A DNA stretch of 64,000 nt from positions 12,710-76,709 of the forward strand of contig JAQBGU010000143.1 of the NCBI GenBank assembly GCA_032128375.1. The letters are read 5' to 3'. Within the stretch, counting starts at the first letter, position 1. Every line of letters starts with the position of its first letter. The translations under genes and the position numbers were made by a program. The notes below the pieces were generated by a model that searched no databases, was not told the origin of the DNA, and was given only the letters and a program-made list of their open reading frames with translations. This DNA comes from Deltaproteobacteria bacterium (GTDB lineage Bacteria > Myxococcota_A > UBA9160 > SMWR01). Shown here in pieces: positions 29,922 through 40,270 of this stretch.

Positions 29922-31064
29922 TCAAGAATCGTTCTCCAGCAGCACGACGTTCATTTTCTTCAACACCGCGGGGATCTCGCCGAGCAGGGCGCGAATGTCA
30001 CGCTCGAACAGATGTCCGATGGTTCCAATCCGGAAGCACTCGGCGCCCGGCAGTTTTGCGGGATAGATGGCGAAGCCCCGATCACTGAGGCGTGCGGCGA
30101 ACTCCTCGAACTGAAAGTTCGCGTCGGCCGGCTCGCGGAAGCTCGTGATGATGCCGCTCTGCAGCGACTCGGGCAGATAGGTTTCAAATCCGAGCAACCC
30201 CATCCCCTCGCGCAAGACGCGCTGGTTCGCGCTGTACCGTTCGGCGCGAGCGGCTATGCCTCCCTCGGCGGCGAGTTCGCGTAGCGCCTGCGCGAACGCC
30301 AGAATCGCGTGAGTGGGCGGTGTGAAGCGGAACATCCCGTCGCTTTCGAGCCCGCGCCACTGCGCGAGCAGATCGAGCGAGAGCGTGCGTGCGTTGCCCT
30401 CGGCGGCGAGCAGCGCGGCACGGCGGCACACTGCGAAGGCGAAGCCGGGAACGCCCTCGATGCACTTGTTCGACGACGAGACCAGCACGTCGATCCCCGC
30501 ATCCTCGATACTCAGCGGCACACCGCCGAAGCTGCTCATGGCGTCGACCACGAAGCTTCGCCCGGCCGCATGCACTGCAGCGCCGAGCGCCTCGATCGGA
30601 TTCAGCATCCCAGACGAGGTTTCGCAGTGGACGGCCGCGACGTGCGTGATGGTCGGGTCTCGCTCGAGCGCATCCGACAAGCGAGCCGGGTCGGGCGGCT
30701 CTTGCTCGTCAACACGTAGTAGTGACGATTCGACGCCGAGGATCTCAGCGATCTTCGCGATGCGGTCTCCGTAGGTTCCGTTCGAGACCACGAGCAGACG
30801 AGCTGTTGGCGGGAACATCGTACACAGAACAGACTCGAGGGCGAATGTGCCGCTGCCCTGCATGAGAACGGCCTCGAAGCCCTGCTCCTGCGAGACGCGG
30901 CCGAGCGCGAGCAGGCTCTGTCGCACGCCGCGCACAATCTCGATGAACTCGGGTTCTCGTGAACCGACATCGCGCAGCATCGCTTCCTTGACGCTCTTGC
31001 TCGTGCCGAGAGGGCCGGGGGTGAAGAGAAGCTTGTCGCGTGCCATCGTCGAACTCCGTGTCAT
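29922..31064 (-). CDS. phnW: 2-aminoethylphosphonate--pyruvate transaminase
   Basis: LLFTPGPL, MQGSGT, HCETSSG, DAMSSFG, SSNKCIEGVPG, RFTPPTH, FRIGTIG; ATG 31064 overlaps the pstB stop (alternative start 31046). Confidence 0.92.
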   Translation of the reverse strand: MTRSSTMARDKLLFTPGPLGTSKSVKEAMLRDVGSREPEFIEIVRGVRQSLLALGRVSQEQGFEAVLMQGSGTFALESVLCTMFPPTARLLVVSNGTYGDRIAKIAEILGVESSLLRVDEQEPPDPARLSDALERDPTITHVAAVHCETSSGMLNPIEALGAAVHAAGRSFVVDAMSSFGGVPLSIEDAGIDVLVSSSNKCIEGVPGFAFAVCRRAALLAAEGNARTLSLDLLAQWRGLESDGMFRFTPPTHAILAFAQALRELAAEGGIAARAERYSANQRVLREGMGLLGFETYLPESLQSGIITSFREPADANFQFEEFAARLSDRGFAIYPAKLPGAECFRIGTIGHLFERDIRALLGEIPAVLKKMNVVLLENDS

Positions 31065-31393
31065 CCGCGCTGCGTGTTCAAATAGGCGGCCGCATCGGGA
31101 TCCTTCGGATCCTCGAAGACCTTCCGGCACGAACCCGATTCGATGAGACAACCCGCGCCATCGCGCAGCCTGCCTGGAAACAGATCCGTCATGCGGTCGA
31201 GGCTCGCGAGCAGTGAACTCTTTCCGCAGCCCGAAGGTCCGATCAGTGCGGTGATCCGTCCGGTGGCCACGTCGAGGTCGACGTCGCGCAGCGCGGCCTT
31301 CGTGCCGTAGTCGACCGAGAGCCCCCGGATCCGGATGCGTACGCTGTTCTCGATGGCAGAGATCGGCGCATTTTTTGCGGCCGCCCCGATCAT
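31061..31393 (-). pseudogene. pstB: Phosphate ABC transporter ATPase with a large in-frame internal deletion
   Basis: 110 aa: Walker A GPSGCGKS and C-terminal LIESG...F..PKD...YL kept; Q-loop, LSGGQ, Walker B and H-loop absent. Confidence 0.85.
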
Positions 31394-32223
31394 GCGACAA
31401 TCCTCTTGTCGCCCAACCAGCGATGGGTCAGGCCGGTAGCGACGAAATTCGCGCCGAGTATGATCGCTACCAGCACGAGCGCAGTCGCGTAGGCGCGCGA
31501 TTCGCCTCCCACGACGTTCATGGCCAGGTCGTAGACGTGTATCGAAAGGGCGCGGCCCGAGTCGAGGAGCGACCCTGGCATTCGGTCGACGTAGCCGCTG
31601 GTAAAGAGCAGGGCCGCGGTTTCGGCGAGGGCTCGGCCAATGCCGAGCACCAGGCCCACGGCCAGCCCGTGACGGGCGGCTGGCAAGAGCAGCCGAAACA
31701 GCGTCGTGGCGCGGCTCATGCCGAGGGCGGCAGCGCCGAGCCGCAGATCGTCTGAAACGGCGTGCAAGCCCTCCTCGGTGGCACGAATCACCAACGGAAG
31801 CGCCATGCAGGCCAGAGTCAGCCCGCCTGAGAGGATCGAAAAACCCATGCCCAGCGCAACGCAAAAGAGTGCATTGCCGAAGAGCCCGAAGACGATCGAC
31901 GGCACCCCGGCCAGTACGTCCAGGCTGCGTCGCACGCTTCGGGTGAACGGGGCCTCACTGCGGGCGTACTCTGCGAGGAGCACTGCCGTCGAGAGGCCAA
32001 GTGGCACAGTCACAATCAGACACACGGCCAGGATCAGAAAGGTCGAAACCAGTATCGGCCCGATCCCACCGCCCCGGCCCGCGTCGAGCGGGGCCTCGGT
32101 CAAGAACGACCAGGAGATCTCTCCAATTCCCCGCACCAGCAGATCGCCGACAATCCAGACGAAGACCGCGGTGACCCCGAGCGCGGCGGACCAGACCACG
32201 AATGTGCCGAGCCGATCACGCAT
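31390..32223 (-). CDS. pstA: Phosphate ABC transporter permease PstA
   Basis: GGGIGP, LAGVPSIVFGLFG, GRALAETAALLFT. Confidence 0.92.
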   Translation of the reverse strand: MRDRLGTFVVWSAALGVTAVFVWIVGDLLVRGIGEISWSFLTEAPLDAGRGGGIGPILVSTFLILAVCLIVTVPLGLSTAVLLAEYARSEAPFTRSVRRSLDVLAGVPSIVFGLFGNALFCVALGMGFSILSGGLTLACMALPLVIRATEEGLHAVSDDLRLGAAALGMSRATTLFRLLLPAARHGLAVGLVLGIGRALAETAALLFTSGYVDRMPGSLLDSGRALSIHVYDLAMNVVGGESRAYATALVLVAIILGANFVATGLTHRWLGDKRIVA

Positions 32224-33127
32224 GGCGCGGGCTCCGATCGAAACGCTCCGCAATACCCACGAGCGCGACAACGATCAGCAACAGAACCAGCCCGCTCGCG
32301 AACAACGCGGAGCGGTGATCCGCCATCGCGTAGCCCATCTCGAGAGCGATGTTGGCTGTCAGCGTGCGGACCGGGTCCAGCATCCCGTGCGGCAATTGTA
32401 CGACATTGCCCGATACCATGAGCACGGCCATCGTCTCACCCAGAGCCCGGGCGGCGGCGAGGAGCACGCCGGTGCCGATTCCGGCGCGGGCCGCGGGCAG
32501 TACGACCCGGCCCACCAGCGTAGCACGGGACAGGCCCAGCGCGTGTGCACCATGCACGACACCGGCGGGCACTGCGCCGATCGCCGTTTCCGACAGGAGC
32601 GCGACCGTGGGTAGAATCATCATCGTGAGTACCAGCACGCCGGCCAATAGACTCTGGCCGGGCGGCGCAACCGCGAGCAACAACGGTACGAGAGACACGA
32701 GTCCCCAGAATCCATAGACGACCGACGGCACACCAGCGAGCAATTCGATCACGCGCCGCTGCACGCGCGCAATCGCGGGCGGCGCATAGAAGTGTGTGAA
32801 GACCGCGCAAGCGACACCCAACGGCGTTGACAGAACAATCGCTCCGAAGCTGGAGAGCAGCGTGCCAACCAACATGGGCGTGAGGTTGAAGTCCTCGTCC
32901 GGGTGCCAGCCCGGGTCGCCAAGCAGCCGCGCGGGGCCGATGTTTCGCAGGGCCGGCCAGGATTCGCTCAGCATGAACAGCACGATCAGGACCACGATCG
33001 CGCCCGAGATTGCCCCGCATGTGAGCAGTGCGCGGTGCAGCCAACGGTCGCGGGTTGCCGAACTCTGCTCGGCCTTGCGCTGAGCGTCGGCCGGCGTAGC
33101 GGCCGGACCTTTAGCGTGCAGCCACAA
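32216..33127 (-). CDS. pstC: Phosphate ABC transporter permease PstC
   Basis: ELLAGVPSVVYGFWG, RALGETMAVLMV, RTLTANIALEM. Confidence 0.92.
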   Translation of the reverse strand: MWLHAKGPAATPADAQRKAEQSSATRDRWLHRALLTCGAISGAIVVLIVLFMLSESWPALRNIGPARLLGDPGWHPDEDFNLTPMLVGTLLSSFGAIVLSTPLGVACAVFTHFYAPPAIARVQRRVIELLAGVPSVVYGFWGLVSLVPLLLAVAPPGQSLLAGVLVLTMMILPTVALLSETAIGAVPAGVVHGAHALGLSRATLVGRVVLPAARAGIGTGVLLAAARALGETMAVLMVSGNVVQLPHGMLDPVRTLTANIALEMGYAMADHRSALFASGLVLLLIVVALVGIAERFDRSPRHA

Positions 33128-33953
33128 AGGAATGTGCCTCGACCAGATCGCTTACGTCGGCCGACATCGCGTACTCGATGAACGTCGCAGCGAGAGCCGT
33201 GGGCTGCCCCGATGTGACGAGGTTGAGCTCGCGAAGCAATGGGAAACTCCCGTCTGCAACGTGCGCACTCGTTGCGGCGACGCCCGCCAGCGGCAGCAGG
33301 CGGATCGGTTTCCCGTTCTCGACAGCCCGCTCTGCACTGCCGATCGACACGTAACCGATGGCGTGGGGGTTTCCGGAGACGGACTTGATTCCGTGTTCGT
33401 TGTCGCCGATTACGACAGACGCCCGGATTTCGCGATCCTCGAGCGCCATGTGAGACACGAAGATCTCGTGGGTCGAGCGCCCGGCTGCTTTGTGAACCAC
33501 GCTGATCGGTGCGTCGGCCCCTCCCAGTTCTTTCCAGTTCGCAATCCTACCGGTGTAGGCTCCCCGGATCTGGTCGTCGGTGAGGGCCGCGACCGTGTTC
33601 GACTCGTGGACGATCATCCCCACGCCATCTCTTGCGATGAGGAATCCAGCGAGGTCGGCCTCCGGCGGCAAGAGCGCCCGCGACACCATGCCGATGTCGG
33701 CGAGACCCTTGCGCACATCGGCGATCCCGCGCGACGATCCGCCCGTCTGCACATCCACCCGAACCTCGCGGGTCGGATCGGATTCGAAGCGTCGGCCGAT
33801 TTCCAGCAACAGCGGCGCGATCGTGCTCGAGCCGGTTACGACCAGCCGGGAACTCTGGTCGGCGCCAGGCTCGCGGCAACCCGCGCCGAGGAAGAGTGTG
33901 AGGAGCAAGGCCACCAGGGCGGCGGCATCAAGAACAAGATTGCGCGACATCAT
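33111..33953 (-). CDS. pstS: Phosphate ABC transporter substrate-binding lipoprotein
   Basis: Lipobox GAGC; GSSTI, GGSSRG, DIGMVSR, AIGYVS. Confidence 0.9.
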   Translation of the reverse strand: MMSRNLVLDAAALVALLLTLFLGAGCREPGADQSSRLVVTGSSTIAPLLLEIGRRFESDPTREVRVDVQTGGSSRGIADVRKGLADIGMVSRALLPPEADLAGFLIARDGVGMIVHESNTVAALTDDQIRGAYTGRIANWKELGGADAPISVVHKAAGRSTHEIFVSHMALEDREIRASVVIGDNEHGIKSVSGNPHAIGYVSIGSAERAVENGKPIRLLPLAGVAATSAHVADGSFPLLRELNLVTSGQPTALAATFIEYAMSADVSDLVEAHSFVAAR

Positions 33954-33998
33954 TCGAAGGTTTCCTGCCCTATCCGATATCCGATCAGCTTGTGCGTG

Positions 33999-35474
33999 CT
34001 AGTTCGCCGGGTCGTGACACATATGAATCAGAGAGGCTGCCATCCAGTCGGGCGGCTCGAGACCGAGCGCAGTGAGGAACGTGGCTCCCACATTGGCGAG
34101 GCTTCCTGTGCGGGCGCTCTGGGCGAGCCGCACGCCGGGAGCGGGTGCTACCAGCAGCGGCACCGGGCTCGTGGAGTGCGAGCCGAAGGGCCGTCCCTCG
34201 GCGTCGAGCATGGTGTCGGCGTTGCCGTGGTCCGAGGTCACGAGAAGTGTCCAGCCGTGCTCGCTGCAGGCTGCATGAATGCGCCGCAGCTCGATGTCGA
34301 CACCACTGGTGGCTTGGACTGCGAGCTTCGGGTCTCCCAGGTGACCCACCTGATCCGGGTTCGCGATGTTGGCGACGATCGCGCGCCGGTTCGGGTCGCC
34401 GAGCTGCGCCACGATGGCCGCGGTTACCTCGCTGGTCGACATGGCCGGCTGGTTGGCGATCTGGTCCTCGGGTATCGAGGGGATGCAGATCGACTCTTCG
34501 CCCAACGTGGTATTGAAGCCGTTGAAGAAGTAGGTGACATGCGGGAACTTGCATTGCTCGGCGATGCGAACCGCAGAGAGCTGCCGCTTCTGGAGCTCGA
34601 ACTCGATGCCCTCGCGCAGCGGCTCCTTGGGGAAGAAGACACGCTCGGGTGGCACGGCTCCGTCGAGCTCGACCAAGGAGAAGACGGGGTTCGAATCGCA
34701 GAAGGCCTGCGCGAGCTGTCGCGTCCGATCGGCCCGGTTGTTGGCGATCAGCACGGGCTCGCCGTCGCCGATCGCGCAATGCCCGGGGAAGCGGTGGCAA
34801 GGGAAATCCTTCTCGCCGGCACCCGTCGCGAGGTGCGCTTCGAGCACCTCCAGGCTGAAATCGGGAAGCGAATGACGTCCCTTCAGGTGGTCGACCAGCA
34901 CCTGCGTGATTTTCAGGTTTCCACTGCGATCGCAGGCCCAGCGGCGCCCCATGACGCTGGCGCAGAGGGTTCCGGGCGAGTCTTCGAGCTCTCCGATCAG
35001 TTCGCCTAGCAGGCGAGGCGCGGAGCCAGCCTGTGCATCAACACCGTCGAGGATCGGGTGAAGGTAGACCTGCGGCACACCAGCCGCGAGAGCCAGCCGG
35101 GCTGACCGCAGCAGGTTCGGCCAGTAGCCGTGCACTCCCGCATCGGAGAGCAGGCCGACGATGTGCAGCCGTTCGTGGTTTGCGATCTCGGACCAGGGGG
35201 ATGCCGCCTGCCAGCTGCCGTCGGCGTAGGCCTCTTCCATGGTCTCGAGAACCGAGGACACCCGCCGCCCTGCCCCGATCGTCAGGTGCCCAACTTCCGA
35301 GTTGCCCGTGTGTCCCTTCTGCAATCCGACCGCTTCGCCCGAGGCCTCTAGCGAAGCAGCGCCGAAGCGATCCATCAACTCGAAGAAATAGGGCATCGAT
35401 TCGGCGCTGACCGCGTTTCCGGGTGAAGGGTCGCTCAGGCCAACGCCGTCCAAAATCAACAATAGGGCCTTCAC
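33999..35474 (-). CDS. gpmI: 2,3-BPG-independent phosphoglycerate mutase (divergent)
   Basis: LILDG, GNSEVGH, SDAGVH, NPDQVGH, SDHGN, HSTSPVP; GTGA overlap with aroA. Confidence 0.85.
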   Translation of the reverse strand: MKALLLILDGVGLSDPSPGNAVSAESMPYFFELMDRFGAASLEASGEAVGLQKGHTGNSEVGHLTIGAGRRVSSVLETMEEAYADGSWQAASPWSEIANHERLHIVGLLSDAGVHGYWPNLLRSARLALAAGVPQVYLHPILDGVDAQAGSAPRLLGELIGELEDSPGTLCASVMGRRWACDRSGNLKITQVLVDHLKGRHSLPDFSLEVLEAHLATGAGEKDFPCHRFPGHCAIGDGEPVLIANNRADRTRQLAQAFCDSNPVFSLVELDGAVPPERVFFPKEPLREGIEFELQKRQLSAVRIAEQCKFPHVTYFFNGFNTTLGEESICIPSIPEDQIANQPAMSTSEVTAAIVAQLGDPNRRAIVANIANPDQVGHLGDPKLAVQATSGVDIELRRIHAACSEHGWTLLVTSDHGNADTMLDAEGRPFGSHSTSPVPLLVAPAPGVRLAQSARTGSLANVGATFLTALGLEPPDWMAASLIHMCHDPAN

Positions 35475-36788
35475 GCCGTTCTCTCGTGGTGCGCTTTGAA
35501 GCGGGCCAGCTCGGACCAGAAACCGGGAAAAGATTTGGCCACGCAGTCGGGATCCTCGATGTCGATGCCGTCGTAGAGCAGGCGCAGCAGGCCGAAGGAC
35601 ATGGCCACGCGGTGGTCGTCGTAGGTGTGGATGCTGGCCGGCCGGATTCCGCCACCGGGACGGATGATCAGATGGTCGTCGCCCTCCACGGTCTCGATGC
35701 CGAGCCGGCCGAGCTCAGTCGCGGCGGCGTGGATGCGGTCGCATTCTTTTACGCGGAGATTGGCGATGTTGGTGATGCGAGTCTCGCCCTCGGCCACCGC
35801 CGCGGCGATCGCGAGGCTGAGCACCGTGTCTGGCATCGTCTCCATGTCGACCGCGATGCCTCGCAGCGGACCACCCGCGAGCAGTAGGCCGCCTGCGCGC
35901 ATCTCCACACGGCAACCCATCTGCTCGAGGGCGTGGGCAAGACCTACATCGCCCTGCGCCGACTCCACTCCGATCCCCGGGATGAACACTTGGGATCCCG
36001 TGATGGCGGCGGCAACAAGGAAGTAGGACATGCCCGAAGCATCGACCTCTACGGGAATCTCCGCATTCTCCGGTTGGCCCGGGTAGACGACGAAGAGGTC
36101 ATCGCTGCGCTCCTCCACGTTGATTCCCTGCTCGGCGAGCATGCGCAGCGTCATTCGCACGTAGGGCCTCGATACCAGATGCCCCGTCACCCGGATCTCG
36201 ATAGGTCCCTCGGGCTGCTGGGCGGCGAACAGGATCAGGGAACTCAGGAACTGAGAGGAAACACCGCCATGGATCGACCACTGCCGCGTCTGAGGCACGC
36301 CTTCCGAAACGCGCACGGGCAGACAGCCCTGCGTCTCCAGACACTCTGTCTGGATCCCCATCGCTTTTTGGGCATCGAGCAGGTCGGACATGGGTCGCTC
36401 GCAAAGCCGGGCATTGCCCGTGACGGTCGCGCCGCCTCGAACCCCGGCTGCGAAGGACAAAAGAAGGCGGGCCGGAGTCCCGGCTGCCCCGATGTAGAGA
36501 TCCGCATCGGGAGCCCCCAGGTCGCCCGGACTCCGACTCACGCGAAACCCCGTGTTGGTCTTGGTTACTTGCAGGCCCTGGAAGCCATCGAGGCAACTGG
36601 CCAGATACTCGGTGTCGTCGCAGTGGAGCCCGCCGGTAATTTCGGTCTCGCCCACGCGCTGGGCAGCGATCATCAGGGCTCGATTCGTGTACGACTTGGA
36701 GCCGGGGATCTGGGCTGCGAACGGTTCCGAAGCACGACTCATAAGCGGCGTGATCGCGCGGCAACGATCGGTGTTCGTCTCGGCCATG
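35471..36788 (-). CDS. aroA: EPSP synthase (3-phosphoshikimate 1-carboxyvinyltransferase) family
   Basis: PGSKSYTNR, RPM, SSQFLS, SRPY, RVKECDRI, DDHRVAMSF, KSFP; start uncertain (36742-36943). Confidence 0.9.
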
Positions 36789-37254
36789 GCATCTCCGGCA
36801 TGAGTCGACGCGGCTCTTCCGACGAGGACCGGCAAATCTATTGCAAGCGATATACCAAAGCGGGACAGCTGCGCGGGCATTTCGGGCTGTTCCAAAGTGG
36901 GGATTTGGCCCGAATGGAGGATCCGGTGTGCGAAATCACCCACCTCCGCCGGTTTTGGGTCCGGTGCCGCTCGGAGCTAGCCAGCCCCTCGATGTGGCCA
37001 GACGTTTCGGAGGCGAGTTCACTCCACGACGGGGAATCGATGGCCCGAGCTGTTCCCGCCATCGCACGGCCTCGGGTCGACTTCCTTCGATACAAAATCA
37101 ACAAGGGCTGGGACGTGACCGAAAACGCGATCCATGGGAAGGCTGTGTGTTCGTTCGATACGATGACGATGGATACGGAACGCGTCAGTAGTGCGACGTG
37201 AGGGTGAATTTCTCGACGGGTGGCGAAATAGAGCTTTCAAAGGCTTGTTTCCCG

Positions 37255-38301
37255 CTACAGGATCGCCAGATCGACGTTGGCGAAATTGCGGCGGTAGTAG
37301 GACATGTAATCCACTTTGCGTTCCAGCGCTTCGATCACCGCGTGGGAGAAATTCACTTTCTCGAATCTTTGCGCGCTGCCGAACCCGCCGGGGCTGAACA
37401 CGTTGATCTCCATCAGCTTGTCGCCGACGATGTCGAGTCCAACCAGGAACATGCCGTCCTGAACGATCTTGGGACGCACGATCTCAGCGATTTTGAGATG
37501 CTGATCAGTGATCACTGCCGCACCGAGCTTGCCTCCGGCGTGAACGTTGCTGCGCATGTCTTCGCCCGAACGGATGCGACGAAAGGCGGCATACTTGCCG
37601 CGGTGGCGCAGCGGTTGCCCGTTCATCAAGAATAGTCGCGTATCGCCTGCCTCGGCCGCCTTGAGGTACTCCTGTGCGATTACGTATCCATCGCGACTGA
37701 CGGCGTCGACCATCTGGTTCAGGTTCGAGCCATCCTGCTCTCGAACGAGAAAGACACCCTGGCCGCCGGATCCCTGGAGGGGCTTCAGCACGATCGTGCC
37801 GCCTTCCTCCTTCCAAAATTTCTTGATCTCGTCTCGGTCTCTGGTGATGATGGTTCTGGGCCGGACCTCCTCCGGGTACGCCTGGAAGTACATCTTGTTC
37901 ATCGCCTTGGCGAGGCCGTTGGGGTCGTTCAAAACGACGACGCCGCGCGGCATCGCGACCCGGCCGAAAATGACCCCCGCCGACTGCGCCCAGGAACGCT
38001 GCGCCAGATCGGCGGACGGATCACTTCGCAGCATCAAAATATCCAGCTCGTCAACGCTGATGCGCTCGCGCTTGGCTCTGCGACCCTTCAAGTCGGCCAT
38101 GTAGTTGTCGGACGACTTGTAGGTTGACTTGGGTGCAGATGTAGCCCTGGCCCGGATGGACTCATCGGCGTCGTAGGCCAGGTCTCCAGAGCCGATCACC
38201 CAGGCCTCGTGGCCTCGGTTGATCGCGGCCATCGCCATTCTCGTCGTCGTGTAGCCGGTTTCCTCGGTGCTCAGGTCATTCACGATGAATCCGATTTTCA
38301 T
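37255..38301 (-). CDS. Glutathione-synthetase-like ATP-grasp ligase
   Basis: LMLRSDP, KPLQGSGGQGVF, QEYL, GDTRL, RSNVHAGG, GLDIVG, EINVFSP; ATGA overlap with the upstream gene. Confidence 0.88.
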   Translation of the reverse strand: MKIGFIVNDLSTEETGYTTTRMAMAAINRGHEAWVIGSGDLAYDADESIRARATSAPKSTYKSSDNYMADLKGRRAKRERISVDELDILMLRSDPSADLAQRSWAQSAGVIFGRVAMPRGVVVLNDPNGLAKAMNKMYFQAYPEEVRPRTIITRDRDEIKKFWKEEGGTIVLKPLQGSGGQGVFLVREQDGSNLNQMVDAVSRDGYVIAQEYLKAAEAGDTRLFLMNGQPLRHRGKYAAFRRIRSGEDMRSNVHAGGKLGAAVITDQHLKIAEIVRPKIVQDGMFLVGLDIVGDKLMEINVFSPGGFGSAQRFEKVNFSHAVIEALERKVDYMSYYRRNFANVDLAIL

Positions 38302-40250
38302 TTTCGCCCCCCCTTGACGAGATCCAGAACGGTAAGGCCATTGCGGATGGCTTCGAGTCGCTTGACGGCATCCGGCGCGTCCAGATAGCGCGGACGCAGC
38401 GGAGGCGGCACGAGAACCTTCCGCCACTGCAGCTCCTCGATGATTGCCACGTGGGCCGCACCCAGCTTGCCCACCAACAGCGGCTCCAAAGCGCCACCCT
38501 CACGCATGTACGCAAGGAGGCCCACCAGTCCGCGGAGATACACCGCGTCCTTCGTCAAGCCGCCGCCGCGAAAGACGCGCATGGCGATCGTGAAGGCCGT
38601 GCGTTGTGCGAAATCGTAGGCGCGATCGAGCTCGCGAAAGACCTCGACGAAGTCGGCTCCGTCTACCATGCGCGCGACCGCGACAACGCGAGCGGCCAAC
38701 AAGCGAAGTCGCGGCCGGCTGAACCCGCCGACCAGATACTCGGAAAGAACCGCAATGCCCTCCTGCAGCTCATCGTACCCCGGAAGACCCACGTAGAGCT
38801 GACGGAACGGCTGCGCTTTGCCATTCACGTAGGTCACGATGTGCGTTCCTATCTCGTGGGCAACGAGTGCTTCCATGCGAGAAGGGGGGACTTTGGTCTC
38901 GGCTCCTATCAGGAGATTTCCACGAGACACCATCAGCCCCGCGACGTCCGTTCGAATCATGACTTTGGAGCGAACCTCGGGATGAAGGTTGCGGTAGTAC
39001 TCGATCTCTTCTGACGCTCGAGCCGCGAAGGCCACGGCATCGGCCGCGCCCCGCGTCGACTCGTCGCGGCTGCGGGATGGAACCCGGTTGAGAATCTCGT
39101 AGGCGAGGTTCAGCAGGGACGCGTCTATGCCCCCATACAGCTGAAGGCTTCCATAGAGAAATTGCGGAGTACCGCGGTCGCCTAGCATCGTGAGTTTGCG
39201 ATCGAACTCTACCTGCTGGTCGCGAAAGAGCTGACCGAGGGTGGGGTCTTCGATCCGCTCGATCGGGATCTGGAACAGCCGCCTCTTCGCGAGAGCGGGG
39301 TCAAGCTTCATCGGGCGAGAGGAGAATTCAGGTGCAACCTCGAAACGTCTTTTTCGGAACTCAGACCACGCTTCGTTCGGATTGGTCGGCGTGACCTGCA
39401 GCAGAAAATCGAACTCATTGCTCACCGCCGCCAGCTTGCGGTCCACCTCCCATACCGCCTTGACCATGCTGTGTCGCCCCAGCGCGTAATAGTGCGCTGG
39501 ACGATGAGACGTGCGACGGCGCGTGAAATCATAAACAGCGCGTTTGAGCGCGCGCGACAAACCCCTGTGAAGTGCGCGCCGCACGAGAGGCAAACTCTCG
39601 CCCGTCGCTCGATCCCGGTAGACCGGCTGAACCTCGATTCCGAGGACGTGCACACCGAGCTGCTCGGCCCGATCCGAAGCCATCAGTGGAGCCATTCCCG
39701 GTGGCCGTACCGCAACCGCCGAAATGACCTCGACGTTCGCGAACTCACCCTTGACCCTCACCTCGCTCAGCGCACCATCGAGCACTTCGACCGTCGACGC
39801 GATGCCGCGTTTTTTGTTGGGTCGAAAAATTCGGAAACCGGGTAGCGCAGCCTCGTCCCGAGTGTCTTTCTGAGCGCCCGCCTCGTCCTCAGCGGACCAC
39901 AGTTCGATGATCAGGAACGCACCGAAGCTCTCCGCGAGTGTGCTGGCGACGCCATCGATCAGACCGCTCAAGCCATTGTGGGTCTGTCGGTCTCCGGAAG
40001 CCAACAGGTAAGACGCCTCGCCAAGCACGATCCGGTCGGTGTCTGCATCGGCTCGATCGTTCGGGCGGCGATAAACCACGAGAAACGGAAGCGGTCTATC
40101 GATGTGGAGACGCCCCCAAGGGTCAATCTTGCGTCGCAGCGCCTTGCCTTCTATGAGTCGCTGACGAGCAGCCGCCACGAACGCACCCGAAATCTGACCG
40201 ATCTCTGCCTTGACCACTGTCGTCTCCGGCGTTGCTGCGACCACCGCCAT
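38298..40250 (-). CDS. QEGLA-motif (DUF1704/MATCAP-like) metallocarboxypeptidase with N-terminal extension
   Basis: HEIGTH, QEGIAVLSE, RVFRGGGLTKDAVYLRG. Confidence 0.88.
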   Translation of the reverse strand: MAVVAATPETTVVKAEIGQISGAFVAAARQRLIEGKALRRKIDPWGRLHIDRPLPFLVVYRRPNDRADADTDRIVLGEASYLLASGDRQTHNGLSGLIDGVASTLAESFGAFLIIELWSAEDEAGAQKDTRDEAALPGFRIFRPNKKRGIASTVEVLDGALSEVRVKGEFANVEVISAVAVRPPGMAPLMASDRAEQLGVHVLGIEVQPVYRDRATGESLPLVRRALHRGLSRALKRAVYDFTRRRTSHRPAHYYALGRHSMVKAVWEVDRKLAAVSNEFDFLLQVTPTNPNEAWSEFRKRRFEVAPEFSSRPMKLDPALAKRRLFQIPIERIEDPTLGQLFRDQQVEFDRKLTMLGDRGTPQFLYGSLQLYGGIDASLLNLAYEILNRVPSRSRDESTRGAADAVAFAARASEEIEYYRNLHPEVRSKVMIRTDVAGLMVSRGNLLIGAETKVPPSRMEALVAHEIGTHIVTYVNGKAQPFRQLYVGLPGYDELQEGIAVLSEYLVGGFSRPRLRLLAARVVAVARMVDGADFVEVFRELDRAYDFAQRTAFTIAMRVFRGGGLTKDAVYLRGLVGLLAYMREGGALEPLLVGKLGAAHVAIIEELQWRKVLVPPPLRPRYLDAPDAVKRLEAIRNGLTVLDLVKGGRK

Positions 40251-40270
40251 CTGTGCTAGCGCGCTCGCCG

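Noticed and set aside
29922..31400. 492-aa PhnW with a long N-terminal extension, as in the ORF track
   Set aside because: The extension is an alternate frame of the pstB remnant; the real start is 31064 or 31046
28022..36788. A complete phosphonate biosynthetic cluster
   Set aside because: No PEP mutase or phosphonopyruvate decarboxylase in the window; kept only as an open hypothesis
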